Part shown: positions 12,950-24,900 of the stretch, piece by piece
How the letters are laid out: every line of letters begins with the position of its first letter
How positions within the stretch are numbered: position 1 is the first letter of the stretch
NCBI GenBank assembly: GCA_036172245.1
Contig: JAYWIR010000015.1
Coordinates: 2,294,001 to 2,358,000, forward strand
From: Raillietiella orientalis
Lineage: Eukaryota
DNA length: 64,000 nucleotides
Direction: 5' to 3'
The notes under the pieces: model-generated
Database searches by the model: none
The model's input: the letters and a program-made list of their open reading frames with translations, nothing else
Told to the model about the DNA's origin: nothing
Program-made: the position numbers and the translations under genes

Positions 12950-14590
12950 TTCTTGACACTAGTATGGCAGATGTCTATTTGGGAACTTTTCTACGGAAGA
13001 GCCACAAGTGATCAAACGCTGAATTCTCTCCGAGAATCTTGCAGCACTGTTTCTAATTCCGGCTTCAGGAAGACAAAAAGTTATGAAACTGATGCACAGA
13101 TTGGGCAGGTGCCAACTCCAACAAAACATCGACGTTAGTGAGGTTATGGTAACCAGCCTGCAACGCCAAGTCATCACCTTTCTGGAAAGACGCGGCTCCA
13201 ATTTTGCTGCAGCCCCAACTCGGCTCCGAAGATACGGAGAGGGTTTCACCTTTTGAGTGGATTCCGACCCAGACGTCTACGAGGGAAGACTTCCAATGCT
13301 TGAAGCTACCCGGAAGCGTCGCTCTTTGAACTCGGCGAGTTTTTTTCATTCCAAGAAAGTTTTCCGCTGCTCCCGTCAAGCAACCAGCGAAGTCACAGAG
13401 TATGCATTCAGAAAGGGATGAAGGGTGGTAGCATTGCACAGGCCACTTTTTTGTCTGCATGAGGAAGGAAGTACCCCCGATTCTCTTCTCTCTACCTTCC
13501 CCTTCCTGACCTGTGGGGTAATTCGAGGGCTTTCTTCTACAAACGACCACTCATCATCAGGGCGATCTCATTAGCACTACCGATGACCAATGGATTTCCG
13601 ATTCAGGGTCTTCAAGGAACCCAGCCACTGCCGGTTTCCCGAGCCTGAAAAAAATTCTTTCAACTATCTGCGTTCTATCGAATCTCTTGAAATCACCACC
13701 CTCTATTGATCAGGCAGCCGAGTCTTCTGTCCATTATCATACTCAGAAGCATCGTCTCGCATACCGGCCACCGCATTCAGGGGGCTACTGCTAGTGGCAC
13801 TTCAGATTCCCCCAGACCAGAACCAAAAAAAAAAAACTCCTCCACGCGATTCCTTCTTCTGCTCTGGGCTTTTCCGTCCGAAAGCTGGATGCTCAGAGCT
13901 GGGGAAGCAGCCCGGCTGCTCGGATCGGCAGCCTCGAAAAGCGTGGCCCGAAGCGTGACTTCCTGGGACGAGACCAGCGCTTTCGTCCGCTCCCTTCCGG
14001 ACCACTGTCTCGGACGAACGGGTCTTTGCCCGTCCCTCTGCAGAACCTTTTGCCGATGTTATCCCTGAGGTTTCTTTTCCGATCCCGGATCGCGGAATGC
14101 GTCGCACTCATCCTTGCTGAGGCACCATTGTTTCAGGGATGGAAAATGTCCAGCTCCCTTTGGGGTGTCCTGGCTTTCGAGGGAGCCGGCGGACCCAACT
14201 GACACCCGTTCTCACGTCCGATTCCTTCGTGGCTTCGGGACGGACGTCTTTGTCACGAAGCGGAGCGGTGAGAATCGGAAACGGAAGTTCTCTAGCACGC
14301 AGGAAGAAGTAGAATTCGCATCGCTTTCGGTGCTCCCAAGATGCTTGGTGGGGTGATCGAGGCGCGAGGCCAGAACATCTTCCTTCAGTTTCGTGCCCCT
14401 AAGGCCCGCAGACCCACGCGTCTTGGGAGCACCTAGGAAGTCGGGACCGACCGAAGCACTCCCAGAGGCTGTCCGCATGGGTCAATCCTCCACCCCAGAC
14501 CTCTGGGATCTCACTGGAATTCTTGCTGCCCTTACCGAAACCCTTTGAGGGCCCAAACTCTTTGAGCCCACGCCACCACCCAATGCTGAT
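12950..14590 (-). mobile_element. Decayed L1/Tx1-like element, ORF1 remnant plus APE endonuclease start of ORF2
   Basis: Minus strand shows DVRTGVSWVRR and GAGHF (ORF1-like, ~14140-14220), MDRRLGCLINRG (ORF2 start, NVRGL-like, ~13700-13735), CILCDFAGCL (GDFN-like) and LVDVWVGIHSKGETLS (LxDxWR...T) in ORF 13065-13550. Heavily frameshifted. Confidence 0.65.
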
Positions 14591-14596
14591 CAAATC

Positions 14597-14922
14597 CCAA
14601 AAGACATTAAAAATAAATACACATGTTCATTATATATACTAATACATAAATTGAAGTATAGGATACAATATATATTATAATAATTATATAAAAATAAATA
14701 TATATGCTTATTATGTAGACTGATACCTATATTTATATATAGATATATAAATTTATTTAATCACACATATTTTTTAATATTTATTGAAATGCAGTCATTA
14801 ATAAATTTACAATATGCTTATTCATATATTAATATATACATTTGTATACAGATCAGTATATACTATAAAGATTATGAACGATACATATGTTTAATAAATA
14901 CATATGAGATATATAGTTCAGG
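14597..14922. repeat. Extremely AT-rich low-complexity (TA-rich) block
   Basis: Abrupt switch to almost pure A/T with TATATA runs, between two GC-rich retroelement pieces. Confidence 0.7.
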
Positions 14923-14924
14923 AT

Positions 14925-16065
14925 TTTGAACCCAACCCGTCGCGGCTTTCCTCTCTCAGGAACCCGAGGGAACCTGCCGTGCTCGAAGGTCGGAACGCCG
15001 GGAGGCAGGAATGGCTCTGTCACGGCAGCTGGATGTGGACTCGGGGCTTCAGCACCATCCAGGGTCGGTTGTTTCGGCAGACGAGTTGTTGGTGACACCC
15101 CTCAGAGGATTCCGACTTCCATGGTTGCCACCGTTCTGCTACCCATGGCAACTGATACCTTCCATGGGATCTCATGAAAGTCTCAGCAAGGTCGCCGTGA
15201 CCCGCGCCAATTTCGGCAAGCAGAAGTGGCGCTCCCGCAGCCTTACTTCCACTTGCCAAAATTGGCCCGCTGGTGACGTTCATGGATCCGATAGTCCGAG
15301 CTTCAAGCAATCCGGACTTCTCACCCATTCGAAGCCAGGAAATAGACTCTTTCGGCCCCAAGGCCTCTCTGATTGTTCGTTTTGGAGGACGACACTCCTT
15401 TTTCCTTCCGCCTAAAGGAGTGCCAGCTATTCCGAGGGAGACTTCGGGGGAAACCTAGCAGCCACTAGATGGTTCGATTTGTCCTTCTTCCCTGTGCCTT
15501 AGTGCGTGGACAGGTTCGCACGTCACCACCCTCTCGTCCATGGCAATATTGCCCTCAGTTCCCTGTGGGAACGCTTTTCTGCGCCCCTGAGGATCCCAGA
15601 GGGCAACCCCAGAGACATTGTGAAGCGCCTCTTCCTGCATGACGCCCTCACGCCTGCCTCATGCCCAGCAGCACTTTCCTGTTTACGCGACTTGTGGCTG
15701 CATGGAACAACGCAAGAGGAAGCCAGCACCGTAGGGACACTATCTATTTTACGGTCCTCTACATGAGGATAACGTAAAGATGGCCCCACGTGGGGATCGT
15801 AAAACAGAAACTTGCCGGCGTCCTGGAAAAGATGCAGAGAACGCCCTGCAGAACCCAGTGATCTCTTCCCGAACTCTTTCGTTTTTTTGTATACATTTTT
15901 TGTTTTATTTTTCTTTTTGTTTGTTTCCCTCTCTTTTCTGCGGCCGATGGCGAACTTCGCCGGCCTGCGTGCCGGTTCTCTGCAGGTTCTTTTTTATACC
16001 ATTTGTAACGTAGCAAGACCAAGCACCCTGCTACCGACTTTCCAGTTTATTTCATATAAATAAAC
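14925..16065 (+). mobile_element. 3' end of an L1/Tx1-like element (C-terminal zinc-binding region and 3' UTR)
   Basis: Plus-strand remnants GVPAIPRE...GSICPSSLC...H and LSSLWERFSAPL...LRDLW resemble the zf-RVT/C-terminal region of L1/Tx1 ORF2. A T-rich 3' UTR and AATAAA at 16059-16064 follow. Confidence 0.5.
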
Positions 16066-16089
16066 ACCCTGGCGCAACCGGGTGTCAAC

Positions 16090-16790
16090 TGCCTTGGACG
16101 TTGGGGTCGCTGCGCATCCCCACCAGAGTTTTCCGACCAAGTTCGCGTTGTGACTCAGTAGTGAGACCACGGAAAATTCTGCTCATATCGATTACAGGTT
16201 TCACACGTGGCTCCTGACGAACCGCCACCTGCCGTCCTGGTCTTGAAGGCTTACTTTGCTTTTCAGCTAAATGCCTCATCAGGCAGCAAAAAGACGGAGA
16301 TGGTTGCTCTGCATGGCTTGGTGTCTTTTAACGAGTTGCTGAGCTGAACGAGATGGAACAGTCATCATAACAACGATTGATGCCTCAGTTCACTCTCCCT
16401 CAATTTTTGATGAAGAAAAGGCAAGTGTGGACAGATTTCGTGCACACGATTTTTCTTCTCATACCTGAGCTGAGAATTGCGTTGGATCCCTGTGGACATC
16501 CTGATCCATTCCTTCCTGCCAACCTCCTCTTTTCAACCGTCTCTGTGTATCACTCGATTTCGAAACGCCTGAGAAGTTCACAAGAGCACCCCATAAATAA
16601 CGGAGGTCCTGAAGCAGATTGCAAGGCTCTGTCAGGGAGATCGCAAGAAACTCGCATCAGTCCAGACCAAGAGGCGATTCGGTCGGTAAGAGATGAGATG
16701 GAACGCACTCCCAGCTGCACTTCTGAAACCCAAAGCAGACGTTCAAAGACTTCGAAGAATTCAGAGATCAAGACGAGAACACAAGAAACT
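16090..16790 (-). mobile_element. Probable Ty3/Gypsy integrase remnant
   Basis: Minus-strand fragments in integrase order: ASWSGLM (WPGM-like), PDRALQ (PxRPWQ-like), ELLRRFEIE (DYYSRYFEV-like), DPTQFSAQV (DNGPQF-like), RPGRQVAVR (post-integrase). Very degenerate. Confidence 0.4.
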
Positions 16791-17559
16791 GTGAAATAAT
16801 CAGAGGGCAGGATGATTTTCTGGAAGGAACACAGGGATATGTATGAGGGATGGAGTGATGATTTGCATCTCATCTCTATCAGACAAATTCTAACCCTCTC
16901 GTACTTCCTATTTTTAATATTATTGCCATTATACTTCCACATCACCATAAGCTTAAAAAGTTTATTGAAAATATCGATTTTGTAAATTGGAGACCAATAA
17001 AGGACCTCTCTCACCCCTCTACATAAAGAAATAATCCCCGAATACTCAAAATTAATATTCTTATAAATTAACTGTTGACTACCTCCAATTCATCCTTACC
17101 ATCACTACCCCCTAACCTCACAAAAAATAAAATTTACTATACAACAAAATCCTTCAACACCTATATACTATCCCATCATACCGATATCGAGGCACCATTC
17201 TTCGTCATTACGTAACCACATACATTACAATTAAATTCTTCACCATCAGAAGCTTAAGCCACATGAATTTCTTCGAACTCACACCCTCTCCTGAGAATTT
17301 AGTGACATCTTTCAGAATGGGGAGAGCAGGACATGCTCGAGCAAAAGTGAACGCTGATGGTGGTGTGGATTTGCGAACCCATAGTAAAGATGGCACACCT
17401 TACATAGAAACGCTTTCACAAGAAGGTTAATGATGTGCAAGCAATCAAAGCCTACTTATCCTGTATACTGTTTTGTGGCTAGGCAGACCCAATAATGAAC
17501 TGGGATTCCCCCCTTCCCGTTGACCATCTGAATCACAAATTTTCTGGTTATTTTGCAAA

Positions 17560-17800
17560 AGTCTTTCTTTTCCTCTTCTTTGTCTGGATTGTTCAATACC
17601 TAGACATTCTTCTATGAACCTTCTGATTTGCCTTATCAACTTTTATGTCCTTGAAGAACTTCATTCCCGAGTTCATCTTTCATCACTCTTTTATTCCTGG
17701 GGAATACATAAACAAATTACTATTATTGCTGCAATTGATCCAAAGATCCCAGAACTGTACGGAGGTATCCTCAGATGAGGAATCCTTGTTGAAACAATGA
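17560..17800 (-). mobile_element. Possible Penelope-like GIY-YIG endonuclease remnant
   Basis: Minus strand reads KD...SGIF/WINCSN across a frameshift (SGVYxIxCxxC-like), then IRRFIEECLGIE (R..LE..I-like C-terminal helix). Confidence 0.4.
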
Positions 17801-20800
17801 TGGTTAAGTGTTTCATTATTCAGAAAAGAATACAACATGAAGGAACTTTAATTATCAAGCGAAGATCAAGGGTAAAAAGCATGTTTCAAAGAAGTCAGTA
17901 GAAACAACTGAAAATAGCCTTTTGTGTTTTTCCTTCCTAAGGAGCATTTGGCAAACTGCAGATCTGACGTATACGTCATTGTTTCTTTTCGAATTCTAAT
18001 GCCGTATCAATGTGGTGCCGAGTGTTATTTTTCGAGAGTGCAGAGTTGCCAGGTTGCAGATCACTTACCGAGGACTGAAAGTCATGTATCTTTCCATGTA
18101 GGAGGATGAAGACTTCACTGGCATTCGCTCCTGAATGCTATTGCGAGGGTTTCGTGAAACCGTTCATAGATGGATAGCAAGGGCTGGGGATATAGGCAAA
18201 CTGTGTCCTCGCCGCCTGTTCGTTTTGTGGTTCACGAAATTTTTCCCTCGTGTGAAAGCTCCCCCTCTTGCGCAAAACGGTTCTGGAAAAGTGAAGTGCT
18301 TGTCATTATTTTCTGCAAAAAATGATCCACTCGATTTTTCGCATTTGTTGTATCTCTGATTAAGAAGACTCCGTGCTTTATTTTTCCTGCTGTCTTGGAT
18401 ATATGAATATCACTGCCTGAACAACTAGAGGACCCTTCGGCTCACTGGACAAACAAATGAGTTGATACTTCCAATGAAAGTTTCACCCGAGAGAAAGGAG
18501 GAGTTTCCACAAATCATTGGCGACTTGCATTAGTAACGTTTCTTCCTTTCTCTCACGATGGTTACTGACACTGTTTCTGCCGGGACAACAACTCTCTAAT
18601 AGTTGAATATCTATCTGTTGACCTTCATGGTTCATTTCATTTGTTGAATCAAAAAAAAAAACAACAACTCTGCTGCCCTGCATCTTCATCCGCTGTAGTC
18701 AAAAACGAATGTAAACAGGTTGGATGTTCCAAACTGAGTTGGATGTTCTTTTCAAAAAGCGTTCCTTTCAAGATAGGCACTCAAAGAGCATGCTATCTCG
18801 AGATGGCTACTTTTGATTTCTACAACACAGTTGCCTTTCAACATGTTCATCGGCTCTGATCCGCTGGAATATACACTGATGGCAATGGCAGCCGTGTGAC
18901 TGATATACTTGACAAGTGAACAACTATGAATTCTACTTATACAACTACTCGTTTCATTTCCTACAAGCATTCAATTGGGAACTGCTAGGACTGCTTTGCT
19001 TAAAATGCTCCTTCTCTTTTAGTCTATACTGTCTCTGACCGACCAACATTCCGAAAGCAAGTATTTTCAGAATCTCTTATGAAACATGATGTATGTATAC
19101 ATAGTAATCGCTACTCGTCAACATATCCTTTTGAGTAATTCATCAGTAATAACAAAAACCGATTTGAATCAAGTTTCAACTAAGACAAAAGTATTTTAAA
19201 TACAAGAGGATCACGTTGAAGAAGTGGCCGTTTGGAGAAGTAAACTCTTATTGTACTAGCTCAGAGAGAAAACTTATGTGAAAAGTATGTGGTTGGTTTG
19301 TTAGTTATTTTTCTACCGTAAAGTTCTTGAAAAATGAGAAAGTTTGGTGATTAGATGAGAATATGGTCAGATACACTCATAGAATGGAACTTTGGATTCA
19401 CTTGAGGATTTAGGGGAGTGACCAGTTTCAAGAAGAGAACAGTCCTTTCAGAAAGAGAGATATCCAACAGTCCTGTCTACACAATCCATAGCTCATTCCA
19501 TGGAGTCTGCACTCGGGAATGTCTTGAAGAATATAAAATATCGTCAATGAGCAAAATATCTGGAAGATAAGAGAACTATGCTCTTTCATTTCAATTGGTT
19601 TTCCCATTGCGAAGCAGATGTTGTGTTGCTAAAAAGTCAGCTAAAGCTTGCCTTCTAAGTAAACTAGGATAATTTGGAAAAATACCATTTTTCAATTCAT
19701 GGATCTGATTTGTTTGATTTTATACTTTTCAAAGTGCTTTACTATCTCATACATCTGAGGAACTGTGTGCCCCTCGGTCTGCATTAGTGATTTAGTCCAG
19801 CGAACAGTACGAAGGTTGATTCCATTCTATCATTATGACGCTTATAACGGTTGGCAGTTTTGATCAGTTGAATTTGAAACGTTTGGCACACAAGGAGACT
19901 TTATCATATCGGTCGGTACAAAATCCTGGCTTCTTTCGTATGGCTCCCTTTTCTCAAAACGAAGTGTGGATAGAAGCGGATGCAGAAGGAAAACACGTTT
20001 TTCAGTATACTTTTTTCCAACTTTTCGAATCAAATCACATCACTTTGAAATACAGAATTCTTCCTTTATTCTCAAAGTGCAAAGTAATCCCCATAGCTTC
20101 ATAGGAAAAATAGGCTTTCTCGAAAAAAATAAAATAAAATACTGATTATCTAACTTTGCATACTTTCATCAGAGTTGAACCATGTTCTACAGTGCCAAAC
20201 AAATGAAACACACACACACAAAAAAAAACAAAACAAAACAAAGCTAAGTAAGAACTGCATTTTAAAATCGAAAAAAAAACTCACTTTTTCTCAAATATCG
20301 TCATCAGTAGTGATGTGTGATCTGGCATCAGTATAAATACGATATTATGTGGAGGATCCCCTGCTCATTTGCTCCTGTCGACCGGGGAGCCAATAGGAGG
20401 ATCCCCTTTCCCAGCCGAACCTCCGTTTCCCTAAAACAGAAGTAGAGACTGTTTGGTTCCCTCGGGAGGATCCCCATGCAGGTGCTCTTCAGGTGAATTC
20501 CAGCATTCGAACCCGTTTGCACATGGGCGAGCTGCGGTCCTGTCTCGAGCCAAAAATAGTGAGTACACCATTCGTGTTTTTATGCGAAGGGGTTCACCCA
20601 TTTAGACGGGATGCGTTCCTAGTTTTGGTGAAGAAGAATAATCTTGAATCGATATTGATTTCTTCTGAAAGCAGCTACATACATACATATATGTATGTAT
20701 GTATATGTATATATATGTACATGTATTTATTTACGTGTGAATCAAATCGCGGTTCAGGCTGCAGAGGTGTTGGTACGCATGACGGATGATGGTACGGTTT

Positions 20801-21946
20801 ATACGCGGTTTTCGATTGCAGCTGCTCTCGTGGATTAAGAAAGTTGTACAGCGCTCGTGCTGAGCGGAATCGAAACGGATAGGAAACGATCAATGAGTTT
20901 GGTACATATCCATGCATCATCATCAAACTGACCCTCGTATTCAGAAGGTTTCCTTCTTCCCAGTGCCAGCTGATTTTTCGAGCGGAGTGCCGTTTGCATA
21001 TTTTCTCTCGGCTGGCAAACGTCTGCTTGTGTTTCGAAAATCAGAGGAGAATCCGAAATCGGGCTGTTTTCTTGTTCTCCTCTCAAAGTGAGAAAGTTGC
21101 ACCAGATCGATGGTGGGCTGAGGGAGACGCGTGAATGGGACCAGGTTTCCTGAGAGCAGCTCTCTCCTGAAACAGCGGTTTCTGTTCTCGGTAGAAGATT
21201 ATTCTTCGAGAATCCAGGAACACGAACGATCTGTCTTGATGACGAAGGTTCTCGGGGGATAAAGCTCTTGACATGCGATCAGACCACTGGAGAAAACTGC
21301 GAGTTTTTCTTTTTTTTTTTTTGTCTTCCAGATTTACGAAAATTGTCTTCGGGAGGAAACGCCAGTTTCCTAAAAAAAATTCTCTTTTTCCTGATCTTGA
21401 TCATGATTTCACACGAAGGACTCATTTGCCACTCACGCCAGAAGTTGAGCTCATAATCTAATCTCCAGTTTTTTTTTTTCGCTGCCAACGCCACTGGGAA
21501 ATGGAGATTTCCGAGATGAGAAAAACCTCAAAGGTCCTGTGAAAAGTATGATGATTCCTTCTTTTTCGGTTTTTGGTACAAGCGGTGTGTGTGCAATGTA
21601 AATCACTCTGGCATTTTGTTCTTTCCCGAGAAGTAAAGTAAATCCTGTCATTTCCGGCTACGGAGTTCTTCTCAGTAAGCAAAGTGAATTCTCAGACGAA
21701 CCGAAAAAGAAAAAAAGAAAGGGGAAAAAAAAGTCCCCTTCAGGGCATTTCTTAATTAATGCTCAACATCAGCCGAATTCGGTATGCCTCCGAAAGAATA
21801 GTAAGAATGGTGATGTCACTTTTTTTAATACCAGAACAAGGATTTTTTGATTTGAATCCTCTAACTGCTTGAGGTGTCTTGACGGATATCACGTTTCATG
21901 TTTGTTATGAGTTTTGAGCGGGTGCTGATGCAACGCGCTATTTTAG

Positions 21947-24900
21947 GTCTTGATATCGGGAACCGTGTGAGGGGCTTCCGGAACTCGCAAACCATGCAGC
22001 TTACCAACGATGTGAGTATCGATGAGATGAAGCTTCAGGCGTCCTTGAACAACGCTTCCTTAGAAAACGTATGTAACAGCATGCATTCATGTAGCAACTC
22101 TTGGCTCACACGTCGCTTGTCCCCTTTTTGCCTTTCCCTCCAGAACGAATTAAACGAGCTAGCCGTGTTCGCCGCTCTATACGGGAGTCTGGGGAACTGT
22201 TGCAGGGAAGATTTGGTTAGCCATGTCAAGCAATATCTCTGCTTGAGTGACGAAGAGTGGAACACATACGAGGCCCAAATTAGGAAAAAGGCAAGTCGCA
22301 TAGCAATCCGTTCACGATGTTCTGATCAAGTGAAAGTCTAAGATGATTTGTCCCTTGAAATTCTCGAATGCATTCACTATAAGTGGCTCAAAAATTATAT
22401 TACGTGATATGAACAAATTCCCCTAAACACGTATGGATCACAGGGATCCAACTTTTTGTATTTTGCATGCACATACGTTCCTTTCCTGCGACGAGCTGAA
22501 TTTTGATTGTATGCAAACACTCGTTCTATGCTGATATATGTGAAGCTAACGTTCGACAAAAGCTCCAGCAGCTGGAAACAGCACAAGGCAACAGAATTTC
22601 AAGACTGCCTGCCTGACCCTGAGGAGGTAAAGCGTGCCGGTTCCTCAGCAGGTGAAGAGCTCACATGACGAGCTCACATTCCATAGTATTACGGCTTATA
22701 TTCATTACGGTTTCGTTAAAGTCGATGGTATTGATATTCAGGCATGATACTGATGCCGGAATGTAAGAAGGCAGATAAGCCTCATTGTGCACTCTCACAG
22801 ATGTTCGGGACCCTACAAGAGGTGCGCATCATGCTTAGTAGATCACATTCACTTCCTGTACATCCGCTGAAAAAATTAATTACTTTCCAGTTCGTTACCC
22901 AACGAGAAACGAGGAACGTTGGGCTTGGATGCGCGGGTTGCAAAATCACCATAATTGGGAAGAGAATAAGGGGGGAGGGGAGACGGAAGTAGCTGTCCTT
23001 TTTGTTTCGAGGAATAAAACGGAAACAAAGCAAAGCCAAAAAAAAAAAAGAGAAAACACGAGTAAAAACACAAGATGTGTGTAGCTGCAAATATCACCAG
23101 GAATCCTTGCATCTACGTGACTGAGTGCACCTGATTTCTTTTCGAGATTGGGAGGTGTGGTGTGCTGCCATTCTGATTTGATTGCCCGATAATCGCGAGT
23201 TTCCGGAGTCCTAGTCAATGGCACAATGCTTCAGACTTCTCGGTCTCTTCCTGTGTTCGCTGCCGGGAGCAAGGGGGGAGGGGGGGAAGGATCGAGGATA
23301 TCAATCATTTAGGACACATGCGACGATAACCTGCAAGGTATCCATCCACGGATCGAATCGAACCGCAATCGCTCCCATGCGAAAGAGGATAATCTCCAGG
23401 ATGTTTGGGGCATTTTTCCTGAATGAAAATTTCATTCCTTCGTGCTTCAGCACATCTGAAAATTTCGAAAATACGAGGATAAGTCGGTTCGCTTTCGTTT
23501 GTCCTCCGTGGGTGCGACCTGCTCAAAGATCTTTCCACGAAAGGCAGAAGAGCTGCACGGCCACAGAATCTCACCAGCAAGATGAAACGTCATTTCTGAA
23601 ATGCAGGAGCAACTTTCTTGTGTTACCTTCATTGATGGGAGTGAGGCACTGCTCAGGGCACATCGGCTTCCACGATGTAGAACGAATTGACCTGTTATCC
23701 AAATTTTCCCTGGGCAAGTATCCCAGTAATTGTACCGAAAGTCATCAATTAGACTCGATGCACTTGCATGCATCCAGGAAGTGCAGTCGCTACTTGAGAT
23801 TTGATTATGCACTTCAGCAGGGTGTGTAATGTGTCATTAATGTGAACACAGAACTCAACAACTTGTAGAGGAACTCAACAAGTCAAGTTTATATATTCGT
23901 GCGAGTAGCTTCGAATGGATTATTCTCTTGAGACGAGTATTGTGGTACCATTAAAAAACCCAGTTCCTTCTCATCGCCCCTGAATAAAATGGTCTTGGAG
24001 AACACGATACGATTCTCAGCACAACACGAAAACTTGTCAGGGCATGCAACTTGGTGGTAAATTCTACAAATTCATGTCGGTAGCTTACAAAATGACTTCA
24101 AAGGCTGTGCACTTTCTGCCACAGCAAAAAACGCCTTCTTTCGAATCAGAAATGCGATGATTGCAATAAAGGAACGCCCATGCGCCTGCATAAGAGAGCA
24201 GTCCCCTCCATACGACCAGAGGAACAGACAGATGGACATTAGAAAATATCGAAATCCACAATGATGAAAAATAATGAAAAATAATAATTCTGACTTCAGA
24301 GCAATAAGTCCCACGAGCGTACGTACGTTCCAATGTGTATGCTACCGCCGGATGGCAAACCAACTAACCTGTGTGGCTTGTTTTCCAATCTCAGTATTCG
24401 TTCCAAATTGTTTCTTACCAATGGAATTCAAATTCCACCCAGAAGAAAAAATTGCTATTTCTGAGAATCGAGATCAGTCAATAGTACAGGTATTGGAACC
24501 GCCACTGACATTCGCCCTTATCTCCTCATTGGTCAAAAAATCTGTCCCTTTTTATTCTCAAAGTCACAATGCTACAAATGATGCAAGTAAAAGGGGGGTT
24601 CGTCCTCATCTTCCAATCCTCCTACCTGTTCATTGAAGCTGCGTTACGATGGATGTCACAGTAGGTTTCACTCATCGGGACGTCCTGTAGGCTGTGTTTC
24701 GGAAAACTTTCCTCTTCGTCCACCAAGCTGCTTCTCTTCATGAGGTTGTCGCAGGATCGAAGCATCATCTGGTAATCGTCCAAGCCGATGTGCCCAGTAA
24801 ATATCGCGAGTGTAGTGAACGCACGAGGCAACCACGATCTGCCTCATTTTATCCGCATACGGTCGCTGGACACTTATTTCGCTGACGACTGCTTCAATGC

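Noticed and set aside
16855..17260. A/C-skewed stretch resembling the CRESS insert or a Penelope linker
   Set aside because: No diagnostic motif is recoverable in any frame, so it cannot be assigned.
19808..20939. Mariner-like ends (TACGAAGGT... / ...ACCCTCGTA)
   Set aside because: Only about 8 of 9 terminal bases are complementary, and there is no transposase between them.
23218..23829. 203 aa ORF in a BAIAP3-like intron
   Set aside because: No recognisable domain, and overlapping ORFs on both strands suggest chance openness in GC-richer DNA.
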